From a virus (lineage: Duplodnaviria; Caudoviricetes), in the IMG/VR virus record IMGVR_UViG_3300007640_000209, positions 1 to 25,713 of that record: a DNA stretch of 25,713 nt; one strand, given 5' to 3'. The position numbers were made by a program, and so were the translations under genes. This document shows, in pieces, positions 10,501-18,294 of the stretch (positions are counted from its first letter, which is position 1; each line of letters opens with the position of its first letter). A model generated the notes under the pieces. The model was given only the letters and a program-made list of their open reading frames with translations, had not been told where the DNA came from and made no database searches.

Positions 10501-10823
10501 TTGTCTACGATTGCGCCTTCAAACCGACGAAGAGCAGCACGCTCAAAGGCATCACGAGAAAACCTACCCATGTCTTGAGCAAGCTGCATTGCCATGGGCA
10601 CTTTGGTATCTGGATCAAGCTGCGTAATCGAAGACAGTGGCGCTTCCGCAGCAGCAATTTCACCTCGCTCAATAGCATCGCCTTTAGCGATCTCATATTG
10701 ACGAGAATAAATTTGGTCAGCTAGGCCAACCACTTCTTGAGCAATACCTTGGTTATAAGGGGCTACCCGGTTTACACCGATAGGCTGGATTCCGAACTGT
10801 CGCTGACTACGTTTAACTGCCAT
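7512..10823 (-). CDS. Internal virion/ejection protein (T7 gp15 positional equivalent)
   Basis: 1103 aa, Ala/Glu/Lys-rich helical. N-term MAVKRSQRQFGIQPIGVNRV. Synteny and TAATG coupling. Confidence 0.65.
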   Translation of the reverse strand: MAVKRSQRQFGIQPIGVNRVAPYNQGIAQEVVGLADQIYSRQYEIAKGDAIERGEIAAAEAPLSSITQLDPDTKVPMAMQLAQDMGRFSRDAFERAALRRFEGAIVDNISAKKSELMARLGESPNAPKLFEKAFSEYLSGLSGDASGYYKQVIVDHGAEHLSDGRTRLHVAQIKRMQAEAKAEAARRHDAAKRSAYDAGLSGSPFALGQTTQEFRAVEADAQAIGASAPDVTTKRGKEIRESYLRGAVSGKMQDPALSSQAGLIYQVLNDGKNPALYSLLNAKGKEFIASLEVAFDVDERIDYTEIAETLKPEFAAAEKSATYISSSIEAQQKRDEAALKASEEANKADADARIVEQTKLNNEGSSFSAGFTGDPLSIMQEKKRLLALDDGLDPNFVSADKLLKIEKETNEGLIQLAKGAISREINKSIQNGATKQELEVYRDILKNPETAASKAALRSLLGQSVYDVVSTQLVSVNGDALSGAVSDILAGVETGINHEANTLKQGMRAAKVDLASLIRSPNASIEEIDNAIAGFKKSFRSVDSMPESLGDLKAQRDQLVKSRRNEEFVTQANTIVTSVNSENLNESVSRLTRLASEMDQDPATVESFALQALNKSVSEDVAREMNSFKQDDLSLKQLSNWSAYLSGTDVSISLPPEQKEFLNDLTQRSVIVNGKEVSVDRAALASSVSSVYTKLNNSRALTEQYNKKQSDFGLIDKGSYTVGASKTDGRIAYENILKDKHGVPQISDLMYKPELSDKDVEVLSDIMNNRGILPESIVSATSAFMSGGLPESQMMSFAQRANGLLFFQDSNGNIKLTAGAKLSLGSDASKFTMIVQAVQKLPAGMEAQVMQAAIDQIRLVSTDKELVNKQVYVGTNKKYEDPSSLAADLEGIRPEQINEFANLAVVMAGIPTLNAKLQQNLQNVLDSEYVQNNNMYSGWGRGSSSSFSPDRYVEGGIDIVEAYIPQLIQSNGLENVYFEPASKVAIEDFYRGASYIGELAEDTARTVSGKMTISDQIARARGGEGRILYGETFDSTPSSPKYQLLVANELGLIEATGVTFTLRDALKAKGIEMPDLTKKFVLPTNTDPSDFGAFGSVAPAGNN

Positions 10824-11272
10824 TATTTCAAGTCCTGATAATCCATGCCGAATTTAAGAAGTGTTTTTGCAGAACCTAGATACGCTCTTGTCATGGCCTC
10901 TTTGCCACGAATGCGCTCGTCTATAGCTTGTTGCTTCAGCTTCAGTTGATTGAGAGTTGTCATCATAGAGATGTCAGAAATGTCTTTGCCCAAAGTATAC
11001 ATTTCTTTTTTGCGATAGGCTTGAGCAGAAGGGTCGGAAACATCACGGCCAAATGCCGCAAAGGTAGCGTTTGCTGAAGCCATAGTTTCCTTAAATGACT
11101 CACGGATGCGATTGCCTTGATCAACACCTTGAGCCTTAACCAACAAAGATTCAGTTTCAATATTGTAGGCGTTTAATGCGGCTGCATCTTTTGCACCTTT
11201 GCCAGCAATTATTTGGCCACCAACGCTAAGCAGGGTGCTGCCAGCCATTAGTGCTAAGGTAATTGGGCCCAT
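10823..11272 (-). CDS. Small internal virion protein (T7 gp14-like)
   Basis: 149 aa with hydrophobic Gly/Ala N-terminus (ITLALMAGSTLLSVGGQIIAG); lies directly after tail tubular B. Confidence 0.7.
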   Translation of the reverse strand: MGPITLALMAGSTLLSVGGQIIAGKGAKDAAALNAYNIETESLLVKAQGVDQGNRIRESFKETMASANATFAAFGRDVSDPSAQAYRKKEMYTLGKDISDISMMTTLNQLKLKQQAIDERIRGKEAMTRAYLGSAKTLLKFGMDYQDLK

Positions 11273-13470
11273 TATACGATCACCTCCGAAACAAAGCCGT
11301 TGACCTGCAACGGAAGGGGTTCATTTTGGCTGATAGTTACTTTCGGATCACGTCCGTAACCAAGAAGCCTAATCTCTTTTTTGCCAGTAAATGCAGAGTT
11401 TAGAACAACAGCACGATTGTTTACCTTAACCGAACCCGTGTTCCGTAAGTCAGCAACGACGCCAAAGATACCACGAATGTCGCCAGTCACCGGGCCATTG
11501 GCAGCAGAAGCGTCAACAGGATTGCTCTCAATCACAGCATTGAAGGCAATACCAGCATGGGCAATTCCGCTAAAAGGAGGAAGGTAAACGCTGGCTGTTC
11601 CGCCATTATCTACAACAGTATACTGGCCATAGTATTGCGTGCCATCTGTATTGACGACATCAACTACATCACCAACATCATACTCTGCGCTTACATCTAA
11701 GTAATTAGCAGTAATTGTCCCGCTGACATAACGATCTAATCCAATGTCACCGTCAAACTCGCACAGCACAAGACGACCATCTGGCGTCCAGATATTGGCG
11801 AAGACGCGCTCATGGATACCACATATAGAACAGAAGTTGCCATCAGTAGTAAATCGAGTCCAAGATGCACGACGCTCAGCACGGTTTGAGTTGAAGACAG
11901 CAAGATCGCCGTTGCCGTTACTCATCAACGCATAGGACTCAGCGCCGCCAAATGCACCATGAGAAACAGTCATGCACTTAGGGTCGACAATCAAATGAGA
12001 AGCTGTGGTTGAGATTGCTGTCGAGGTATAGGCATCTTCAGTGTCAGTGTAGAGATACTCTCGAACAACAGTCCCGCCATTCTGAACAAAGATAGTAGCC
12101 CCATCAATAGAAACAGGCTGTGTAAACTCACAGCCAAATGGAGTTTGGTTTCTAATCTGGGCATTCGTTGGAGTGATTGCCTGATTGAGATAAGTCGGAA
12201 CATAGAGTTCAGAAGACGCGCCAAAGATTTGTAGGTCCCGGTTTGAAATCATGTAGCGGATTTCATTGACCTGACCAGTTGCAGTTACCAAAGCAATCGA
12301 CTCATCATCTGCAGCAGTGCCAACATCAAAGTTAAAGAAGCTGCCAATCTTAGACAACCACACGGCGTCAGGCTGAGCAATCGTTCCGCCAAAACAAAGA
12401 CGGTTTTCATGGAATATTACAGCAGCAGGATAGCCTCGAACCGCAGAGAAAGCCTGCTCGGACCAGTCAGCAGTTGGCGCATGTGTTTGTAGCTTTACAT
12501 AACCGCCGCCATCTTCTGACGAAGATGCAGCGCCGCCCGCAGTAAAATACCAAGTGTTCTCATCAATGATGCCAGCAACAGTGCGTGTGCCATTAAGGTT
12601 GCCAACATTAATTCCACCAGTTGCCGCAGCATCTTCAATGATAACAGTCTCGCCGCCTCCGTAGCCATGGTTAAAGTGAGTTACCTCAACAGTTGCGCTG
12701 CCTTCAGTAGTCCTGAACGGGTTTAAGATACTCAATCGGATGCGCAAAATATCCACAACATTGCCAATGACTGTAGTTGAGGAAATATAAGTAGTGATCT
12801 CAATCTCTGAATCACCATAACGAACAACAGTTCCAACATGGTCTGTTGTCCAGTGTGGATTGCTAGTCGTTAATGCAATGATCCCAGTTGTGCCCGAAGG
12901 ATCAAGCGTAGTTCCAAACGCTTGGAATGAGGAATACGGCTGGAATACAACATGACCATCTAGCCGCTCGTCAAAGCTGAAGGGCGTGATTTCAAACGTA
13001 GTCAGGCTAGTGCGAATAATCATTCGAGGCATAAACAACGGATGGCAGACAAACATCACGTCGCCATACTGAGCAACCGTATATTGCTGCAAGTATTCCT
13101 GATCGAATGGCAGAGCGTCTGAGTTGGTATCTAGAGTAATTGTATCAACAAGCGTAACAACATTGTTGATTTGATCTAGATAAAAACAACGAACCTTCTG
13201 GTGCTCAATCGAAATCAAGTATTGCTCATCATCCGAGAAAGCAAACTTAACCAAGTAAGATTGGGCAGGGTATGTTGGATTGAAGGTTAGCCCATAGTCA
13301 TAAAGAAACTTTAGGCCATAGCGCTTCTTTACGCTGCCTTCAGCCATAACAATCATGTTCTCTAAGCTACTAGCTGACGCAGAATAAACAGGGCTATCAG
13401 TCCGCATGGATAGGGAACCGCTAACCTCACCAAACTGAAAGCTGTTTTGTGGAACCCTAATCTTCTGCAT
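11272..13470 (-). CDS. Tail tubular protein B / nozzle (T7 gp12-like)
   Basis: 732 aa. Starts QNSFQFGEVS...LENMIVMAEGSVKKRYG; contains GYPAAVIFHENRLCFGG and VWLSKIGSFFNF beta-propeller motifs. Confidence 0.9.
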   Translation of the reverse strand: MQKIRVPQNSFQFGEVSGSLSMRTDSPVYSASASSLENMIVMAEGSVKKRYGLKFLYDYGLTFNPTYPAQSYLVKFAFSDDEQYLISIEHQKVRCFYLDQINNVVTLVDTITLDTNSDALPFDQEYLQQYTVAQYGDVMFVCHPLFMPRMIIRTSLTTFEITPFSFDERLDGHVVFQPYSSFQAFGTTLDPSGTTGIIALTTSNPHWTTDHVGTVVRYGDSEIEITTYISSTTVIGNVVDILRIRLSILNPFRTTEGSATVEVTHFNHGYGGGETVIIEDAAATGGINVGNLNGTRTVAGIIDENTWYFTAGGAASSSEDGGGYVKLQTHAPTADWSEQAFSAVRGYPAAVIFHENRLCFGGTIAQPDAVWLSKIGSFFNFDVGTAADDESIALVTATGQVNEIRYMISNRDLQIFGASSELYVPTYLNQAITPTNAQIRNQTPFGCEFTQPVSIDGATIFVQNGGTVVREYLYTDTEDAYTSTAISTTASHLIVDPKCMTVSHGAFGGAESYALMSNGNGDLAVFNSNRAERRASWTRFTTDGNFCSICGIHERVFANIWTPDGRLVLCEFDGDIGLDRYVSGTITANYLDVSAEYDVGDVVDVVNTDGTQYYGQYTVVDNGGTASVYLPPFSGIAHAGIAFNAVIESNPVDASAANGPVTGDIRGIFGVVADLRNTGSVKVNNRAVVLNSAFTGKKEIRLLGYGRDPKVTISQNEPLPLQVNGFVSEVIV

Positions 13471-14048
13471 TAGCTACGCCTTTGGGCAATAAACTTAGAT
13501 GTGTTTAGCTTACGAGTGGTCTGCTGTTGCGAGTCAAGACGACGCGCCTGAGACATAAGCATAGCAGCCTTTTGCTCCATTAACTGAGCAAGCTGGCCAT
13601 CTCGTGCAACAGATAGCGCCATAACCGCAGCCATCGAATACTCCACAGCTACAGTGAAGTAAGAAGGCCAGTTCACTTCTTCAGCGCGAAAGATGTAGTC
13701 AGCTACCACCACATCATTCTCAGAAGCATCGCAATAAATCATGTCGCCATAGATCGTGTAGATCAAAGGCATCTCGTCAACAGTCACAGCATTAACCATC
13801 AAGCAATCGCTTGGAAGCTGATATGCTGCATCGAAGCGACCAGTCGGCGCATTAACCAAGCGGTTAAGCTGAAACTGATTGGTGGCAAAGCGCCACCGGG
13901 TATTGGTCAAAGCAGAACGCGCAATGTCTTCATACATTGCCTCCGCAATGTCTGCTTCAACAGTTCCTTCAGCAAAAGATGAAATAGGATTAGCGCCGAT
14001 TAAAATCGACGCCCGTGAGCAGATATGAATGGCAGTGGTTGCGCGCAT
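13470..14048 (-). CDS. Tail tubular protein A / adaptor (T7 gp11-like)
   Basis: 192 aa. ICSRASILIGANPISSF...WRFAT...AYQLPSDCL motifs; follows the capsid gene. Confidence 0.9.
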   Translation of the reverse strand: MRATTAIHICSRASILIGANPISSFAEGTVEADIAEAMYEDIARSALTNTRWRFATNQFQLNRLVNAPTGRFDAAYQLPSDCLMVNAVTVDEMPLIYTIYGDMIYCDASENDVVVADYIFRAEEVNWPSYFTVAVEYSMAAVMALSVARDGQLAQLMEQKAAMLMSQARRLDSQQQTTRKLNTSKFIAQRRS

Positions 14049-14075
14049 GAAAGTTCGGGGGGCCGAAGCCCCCCG
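14049..14075 (-). terminator. GC-rich C(UUCG)G hairpin after the major capsid gene; probable leaky terminator or processing/stability element
   Basis: CGGGGGGC-TTCG-GCCCCCCG followed by AACTTTC (weak U tract), just after the double stop TAA TAG. Confidence 0.7.
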
Positions 14076-14081
14076 CCCCTA

Positions 14082-14891
14082 TTAGTTGTTGTCGAGGACT
14101 TCGTAGATGCCGTTGCTGTCAATAGCAACTGCACCCATCGACATCATCGACGTGGCAAGGTGTGCGACCTTCTCAGGAACATAGTTCACTTCAGTCTGCA
14201 CATCGGCGTTGATGCCCAAGCCAACAGCGGTGGTGTGGTAGGCAAAGTTCTTGCCGCCAGCAACAGCCGAGGTCGAGAAAATCTTGAAGCCCAAGAATTC
14301 CTTCATGGTCATGCCGCCTGCGAAAGGCAGGTTCTGAGGACCAACGTAATCGCTCGAAGCGAATTCGTTGATGTTGAACAGATCGGCAAAACCAGCAGGC
14401 GACATAGCGATGTAACGCTGGCCATCTTCTGGAATGTCTGCCGAACCAAAGGTTTCGAACAGGGTCAGCAGGTCTGCTTTGCCCAGAGCGCCTGTTGCAT
14501 CTGCGATCTGAGTTGCGTTTGCACCAGCGTCCATAGCTGCAACGATCAGAGCATCGGTCTGACGACCCAGAGCAGCAGCAGCCGAGGTGGCAACAGCCTG
14601 ACGCTCGTTGATGTTGATCTTCAGTTCGTCCAGCTTGTCGATGTATTCGGCTGCATAGTAGTCGGCCATCGTTGCTTCGACGTTGGTGTGCGCCAGTTCC
14701 ATGGTGCTCACGTTGCCGTTGCGAGTTTTGGTCGATGCGGTGCCAGTGCCGATCTTCTGGAAGCGTGCCTGCGAACCAGTTACGTTCGACGAACGAACAG
14801 TGTTGCGCAGTTTCGAGCCCATGCGCTGATACGCAAGGTGCACTTCGGTTTCGAATTGTTTGATAAAGGCTTGATCGATTGTGTTAGCCAT
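14082..14891 (-). CDS. Major capsid protein
   Basis: 269 aa, MANTIDQAFIKQFETEVHLAYQRMGSKLRNTV... is typical of alphaproteobacterial podophage capsids. Strong C-ending codon bias, SD AAGGA, synteny. Confidence 0.92.
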   Translation of the reverse strand: MANTIDQAFIKQFETEVHLAYQRMGSKLRNTVRSSNVTGSQARFQKIGTGTASTKTRNGNVSTMELAHTNVEATMADYYAAEYIDKLDELKININERQAVATSAAAALGRQTDALIVAAMDAGANATQIADATGALGKADLLTLFETFGSADIPEDGQRYIAMSPAGFADLFNINEFASSDYVGPQNLPFAGGMTMKEFLGFKIFSTSAVAGGKNFAYHTTAVGLGINADVQTEVNYVPEKVAHLATSMMSMGAVAIDSNGIYEVLDNN

Positions 14892-14920
14892 CTGAGTTGT
14901 CCTTGAAGAAGTTGCTGTTG

Positions 14921-14991
14921 AACGGGTATCCGTTACTTCACTTCAGCGAGGGTGTCCTCTCGGGCCTCTCAGTGCATCACGGGCCGTGATG
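14921..14991 (-). promoter_or_regulatory. Structured 5' leader of the capsid gene with two nested GG-C-CC / GG-AYAC-CC internal loops
   Basis: ACGG-C-CCGT...ACGG-ATAC-CCGT encloses GAGG-C-CC-GAGA-GG-ACAC-CCTC. Confidence 0.6.
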
Positions 14992-15472
14992 GTCCTGAAT
15001 CAACATCACCATACCAGTAATTACAACGCACAAAATGCACCGTCCGCATTCCACGGTTATCTTCTTGGATAAACTGTGGCTCAAATCCCAGATGAACAAG
15101 CCAGTTATGAATGAAACTGTGTTCATCCCACACGATTGCATCGATCTGATCGTAGAAGTTGTGATAGAAATTAATGACTGTAGGCGACATTCTAACAAAC
15201 CGACGCCAATATTTCTTAACGTCCCGAGAAAACATAACCCAGATCACGCCTTCATAAATGCCAAGGGCCGCAACAGGGCGGCCCTCAACAGTTATTACAT
15301 GGCATAGATCATCGTTTACTGCGTCAAGCAAACTTGAAAGCGGGTCTTCTTCATAGAGAACTTGAAACTCTCTAAGGTTCTGCGGGCTTAGATTGTTGCA
15401 GAACGGAATGACATGCTTCTCTTCCATCTTCCTGAATTCAAAAATGTCATACTTGAACAAAGGCTTAGCCAT
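14969..15472 (-). CDS. GNAT-fold protein, T7 gp13/DUF2833-like (probable start 15472, MAKPLFKY..., 167 aa)
   Basis: NLSPQNLREF...VEGRPVAALGI...GVIWVMFS...AIVWDEHSFIHNWLVHLGF pattern. ATG overlaps the scaffold stop (ATGGCTAA). Confidence 0.7.
   Translation of the reverse strand: MAKPLFKYDIFEFRKMEEKHVIPFCNNLSPQNLREFQVLYEEDPLSSLLDAVNDDLCHVITVEGRPVAALGIYEGVIWVMFSRDVKKYWRRFVRMSPTVINFYHNFYDQIDAIVWDEHSFIHNWLVHLGFEPQFIQEDNRGMRTVHFVRCNYWYGDVDSGPSRPVMH
15024..15034 (-). promoter_or_regulatory. Late-promoter/activator motif copy 2 (TTTGTGCGTTG), ~130 nt upstream of the capsid ATG
   Basis: Exact motif embedded in the 3' end of the gp13-like gene. Confidence 0.65.
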
Positions 15473-16217
15473 AGAGTTTACGGAACCCTTCTTCGACCTG
15501 CTTGATGAAGTGTGGATCACGACGCGCAGGGTTATGATAGCGATCATCCTGCATCATTTCTTGAAGGCTTGCCTCAGTAATCTGACTGCTGCTCGAAGTG
15601 TTCCCAGAGAAAGAACCATCCTTCATGTTTTCCATAATGATCTCAAGAGCCATAATACCTTCTGCGCTTTCGCACATACGCTCAATAGCTGGCATTACTT
15701 CGCTTGGGAAAAACTTGCTGGCAAACATGCTGGCAGCTTCAACGCGGGCAGAAGCGTTGTCACCAAGACGCGCAGCTTCAGCCTCCAAGTCAGGCATCTG
15801 TCCCTCAACTGCTTGAAGATACATCTCAATGCCTTGCTGAAACTCTTCTTGGCTGTAGCCATTTTCAAATGCGTGCTCTGACCACCAGCGCATTAGTTCG
15901 CTATCAACCGCAGACTCAGGGTCAACATTCTCTGGAAGCTGGTAATCTCCTGCGCTTTCAGGGCGATCTCCGTATGCTTCTTGCTGAAGTTCATCAAGGA
16001 TAGACTTGCGAAGGTCTTCTTCTTTAGTGCCCAGCTTAGACTCAAGCGCCTTGTATGCTTTGGCCAGTTCTTCTGGGCTGCTGTATTTCTCCGGTAGCCA
16101 CTCCGGTCGGTCTGTGGGAGGAGGAATTGAACCTTCCAAAGTGGCTTCCGTCGAATCAAGGGCGGATGCTGAAGCGCCCTGATCTTCTGTGTCTTGTGAA
16201 ATCAGCGAGTCGTTCAT
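15465..16217 (-). CDS. Capsid assembly/scaffolding protein (T7 gp9-like)
   Basis: 250 aa, acidic. RPEWLPEKYSSPEELAKAYKALESKLG motif; C-term MMQDDRYH...DPHFIKQVEEGFRKLYG. Confidence 0.88.
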   Translation of the reverse strand: MNDSLISQDTEDQGASASALDSTEATLEGSIPPPTDRPEWLPEKYSSPEELAKAYKALESKLGTKEEDLRKSILDELQQEAYGDRPESAGDYQLPENVDPESAVDSELMRWWSEHAFENGYSQEEFQQGIEMYLQAVEGQMPDLEAEAARLGDNASARVEAASMFASKFFPSEVMPAIERMCESAEGIMALEIIMENMKDGSFSGNTSSSSQITEASLQEMMQDDRYHNPARRDPHFIKQVEEGFRKLYG

Positions 16218-16471
16218 TGTTTGCTCCTGTGTGCATGTGCGATGCGCTGCTCAATAAGGCCAACGATATAACGCTGACCCTCATGATGGCGCAACTCCTC
16301 CGAAACCACATTAGGCCCATGCACCATCTCAATGGTGATCGAACGCAGATAACGCAGAAACTCCTTTCCAGATGGACTGGAAAAGAGTTCTGCTGCAATC
16401 ATACTAATCTGTAGGTCGCGCTCTTTCGTGCGCTGTATTCCGTCGATTCCAATATTAACGCGGTTGCTCAA
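16214..16471 (-). CDS. Small protein between portal and scaffold (Bbp19-like)
   Basis: 85 aa. LFSSPSGKEFLRYL...LRHHEGQRYIVGLI motif and position. Confidence 0.75.
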   Translation of the reverse strand: MSNRVNIGIDGIQRTKERDLQISMIAAELFSSPSGKEFLRYLRSITIEMVHGPNVVSEELRHHEGQRYIVGLIEQRIAHAHRSKQ

Positions 16472-17984
16472 CTGCCATACCTTGCTGTTGCTGCGCCATC
16501 TGCTGCGCTAATGCAGCTATTTGTTTACGCTGTTCTTCATCGCGAATCAAGCGTTCAGGCACACCAAATTTCTTAGCAAGGTGAACGGCGGTTTCCTCAC
16601 CGTCAATAAGTAGCTGCAACATCTCAGGACCAAACACACCACCCACCAGTTCAAGGAAACGCGCTACACTTGAAATATCTTGATTAGCTTGAGCCTGCGC
16701 CAATGGCGACGTGGGCTTAATCTTTACCTCACGACCATTGACTGTTGGAACCTCAATGCGGCCCTGCTTCTTCAAGATGTAGATAACACGCTGAAGAACA
16801 GGCTGGACTAACTCAGACTGAAGACGACCAAAGGCAGCGCCCATGCGACGACTAAGATCAGCCATGCGCTCAGCAACCTCAGTTGCAGTCGCTGGCGTTT
16901 TGTCTGGGTTGCCAAGCATGTCGTTGTATAACGCCTTCTTGATATTCAGGCGCATGTCGCTAAGAACAAGCTGCGCTACATCAAAGCGCCCCGCTGCTTG
17001 GATTGGCTGCAAGCCAGACGACCCCATTGCCTTTGGAATGATAGAGCCCGGCACCAACTGAATGGTATCTGGGTTAATCACGCCATCATCTTCCATCTGG
17101 TAAATCCCAGAGATAGCCATCTGCGCATTCTCTAGGATAAGTTCGATGGTTAGGTTTGTTGTCTTGATTGCAGACAGTGCGTTAATTAGTGGACCGCGAC
17201 CATAAACTTCACCCGCGCATTTGCTCCAGCGGAAACAAACAAACGGGTTAGAGCCTACACCCTTCATTTCTTTTTGGTGCAGGATTGTCTGCGTGCGCTG
17301 GCAAATAGCGTAGTGCAGATACGCTTCTTCATTGCGCTTAGAGTAATCACGGCACACTACTTCCAAAACGTCAGTGGTATTGTCCGTAGACATCATAGCC
17401 ATAACCTTTGGGTCAAACTTGCCCTTGGGATACATTAGCTGAAGATGCTCAAACGGAACCTTCTTGCGCTCACGATAAACGTGGTCGATGCGATCATCTG
17501 GCCCAGTGTCCAGAACCACATGCGGCAAAGGGATTGCAGAGAAGACAATAGGGTTTAGTGCGTCACCCTCCTCAACTGCAAGAACGCCAGTGCCAACGGC
17601 CAAGTCCAAGAAGGACTCATGCACTTCTTGGCCGAAGTTTGAGTTCTGGATAATTTCAAACACATACTCTGTGACTTCATCCAGTTCATTATCAACTTGG
17701 TCACGTTGTTCTGGCGGCACTTCGCTGCCAGAAGTCAGGTCAGCCCAACGGGCAAAGTTAGGAACAATGCCATACTGCAAACGGCTGGCAAATTCCTGAA
17801 CGCCAACAACGGCAGTCTCGTCAAAGATTTTATCATCTCGACGCTGGCCTGCCGTTTCTGCGTAAAAGGATTCACGCTGGGGAAGCGCATACTCATAGCA
17901 CTCCTCAAACAACGGCACCCAGTTTTCTCGGAAGGCTTTAGCCTTCTGATACTTCGAGAGATATTTCTTTGCGATGGAGTCCAT
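16455..17984 (-). CDS. Portal / head-to-tail connector (T7 gp8 / BPP-1 Bbp21-like)
   Basis: 509 aa. ECYEYALPQR, FRWSKCAGEVYGRGP, TATEVAERM, GRLQSELVQP, SPLAQAQ motifs. Confidence 0.93.
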   Translation of the reverse strand: MDSIAKKYLSKYQKAKAFRENWVPLFEECYEYALPQRESFYAETAGQRRDDKIFDETAVVGVQEFASRLQYGIVPNFARWADLTSGSEVPPEQRDQVDNELDEVTEYVFEIIQNSNFGQEVHESFLDLAVGTGVLAVEEGDALNPIVFSAIPLPHVVLDTGPDDRIDHVYRERKKVPFEHLQLMYPKGKFDPKVMAMMSTDNTTDVLEVVCRDYSKRNEEAYLHYAICQRTQTILHQKEMKGVGSNPFVCFRWSKCAGEVYGRGPLINALSAIKTTNLTIELILENAQMAISGIYQMEDDGVINPDTIQLVPGSIIPKAMGSSGLQPIQAAGRFDVAQLVLSDMRLNIKKALYNDMLGNPDKTPATATEVAERMADLSRRMGAAFGRLQSELVQPVLQRVIYILKKQGRIEVPTVNGREVKIKPTSPLAQAQANQDISSVARFLELVGGVFGPEMLQLLIDGEETAVHLAKKFGVPERLIRDEEQRKQIAALAQQMAQQQQGMAVEQPR

Positions 17985-18229
17985 TATCCAAACCTACTAA
18001 GGAAGCCCTGACCAGACTGAGCCATAATCATGCTGCGACGACCAGTGCCGCCACGACGACCTTTGCGCTCACTGCTTGCAGTAAGCGCTTGGCTAATATC
18101 TTCGCGCTTTGCTATCGCTCGTTCTTGAATAGCTTGCTGCTTTACTTCTTCTGCTGCTACGCGCTGGGCGGCCGCTGCCTCTGCCTCCGCTGCTTTAGCA
18201 TCATCGTTTGAAAACCAACGTCTGCACAT
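17984..18229 (-). CDS. Small virion protein preceding the portal (T7 gp7.3-like position), probable start MCRRWFS (81 aa)
   Basis: SD AAGGAGA precedes the ATG at 18229. Met-Cys start, Ala/Gln-rich helix, basic GRRGGTGRRSMI tail, TAATG coupling to the portal. Confidence 0.7.
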   Translation of the reverse strand: MCRRWFSNDDAKAAEAEAAAAQRVAAEEVKQQAIQERAIAKREDISQALTASSERKGRRGGTGRRSMIMAQSGQGFLSRFG

Positions 18230-18280
18230 ATCTAGTCTCCTTTTGCTTACTGCTTTGGAAGCACGAACACCTTTCCATAG

Positions 18281-18290
18281 CAACGCACAA
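18281..18290 (-). promoter_or_regulatory. Late-promoter/activator motif copy 3 (TTGTGCGTTG), between terL and the portal module
   Basis: Exact 10-mer 4 nt after the terL stop, followed 15 nt later by CGTGCT. Confidence 0.7.
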
Positions 18291-18294
18291 TTCG

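Noticed and set aside
14082-14110. T7-style capsid frameshift or readthrough extension
   Set aside because: No slippery heptamer near the end and a double stop TAA TAG.
14025-14906. 293-aa plus-strand ORF antisense to the major capsid gene
   Set aside because: Shadow of the capsid's biased codon usage; no RBS and no protein-like motifs.
15473-15547. N-terminal extensions given by the ORF track (also 18230-18283, 21264-21278, 21818-21895, 23731-23781, 25411-25494)
   Set aside because: Downstream ATGs have SD sequences or stop/start coupling; the extensions overlap neighbouring genes or regulatory motifs.
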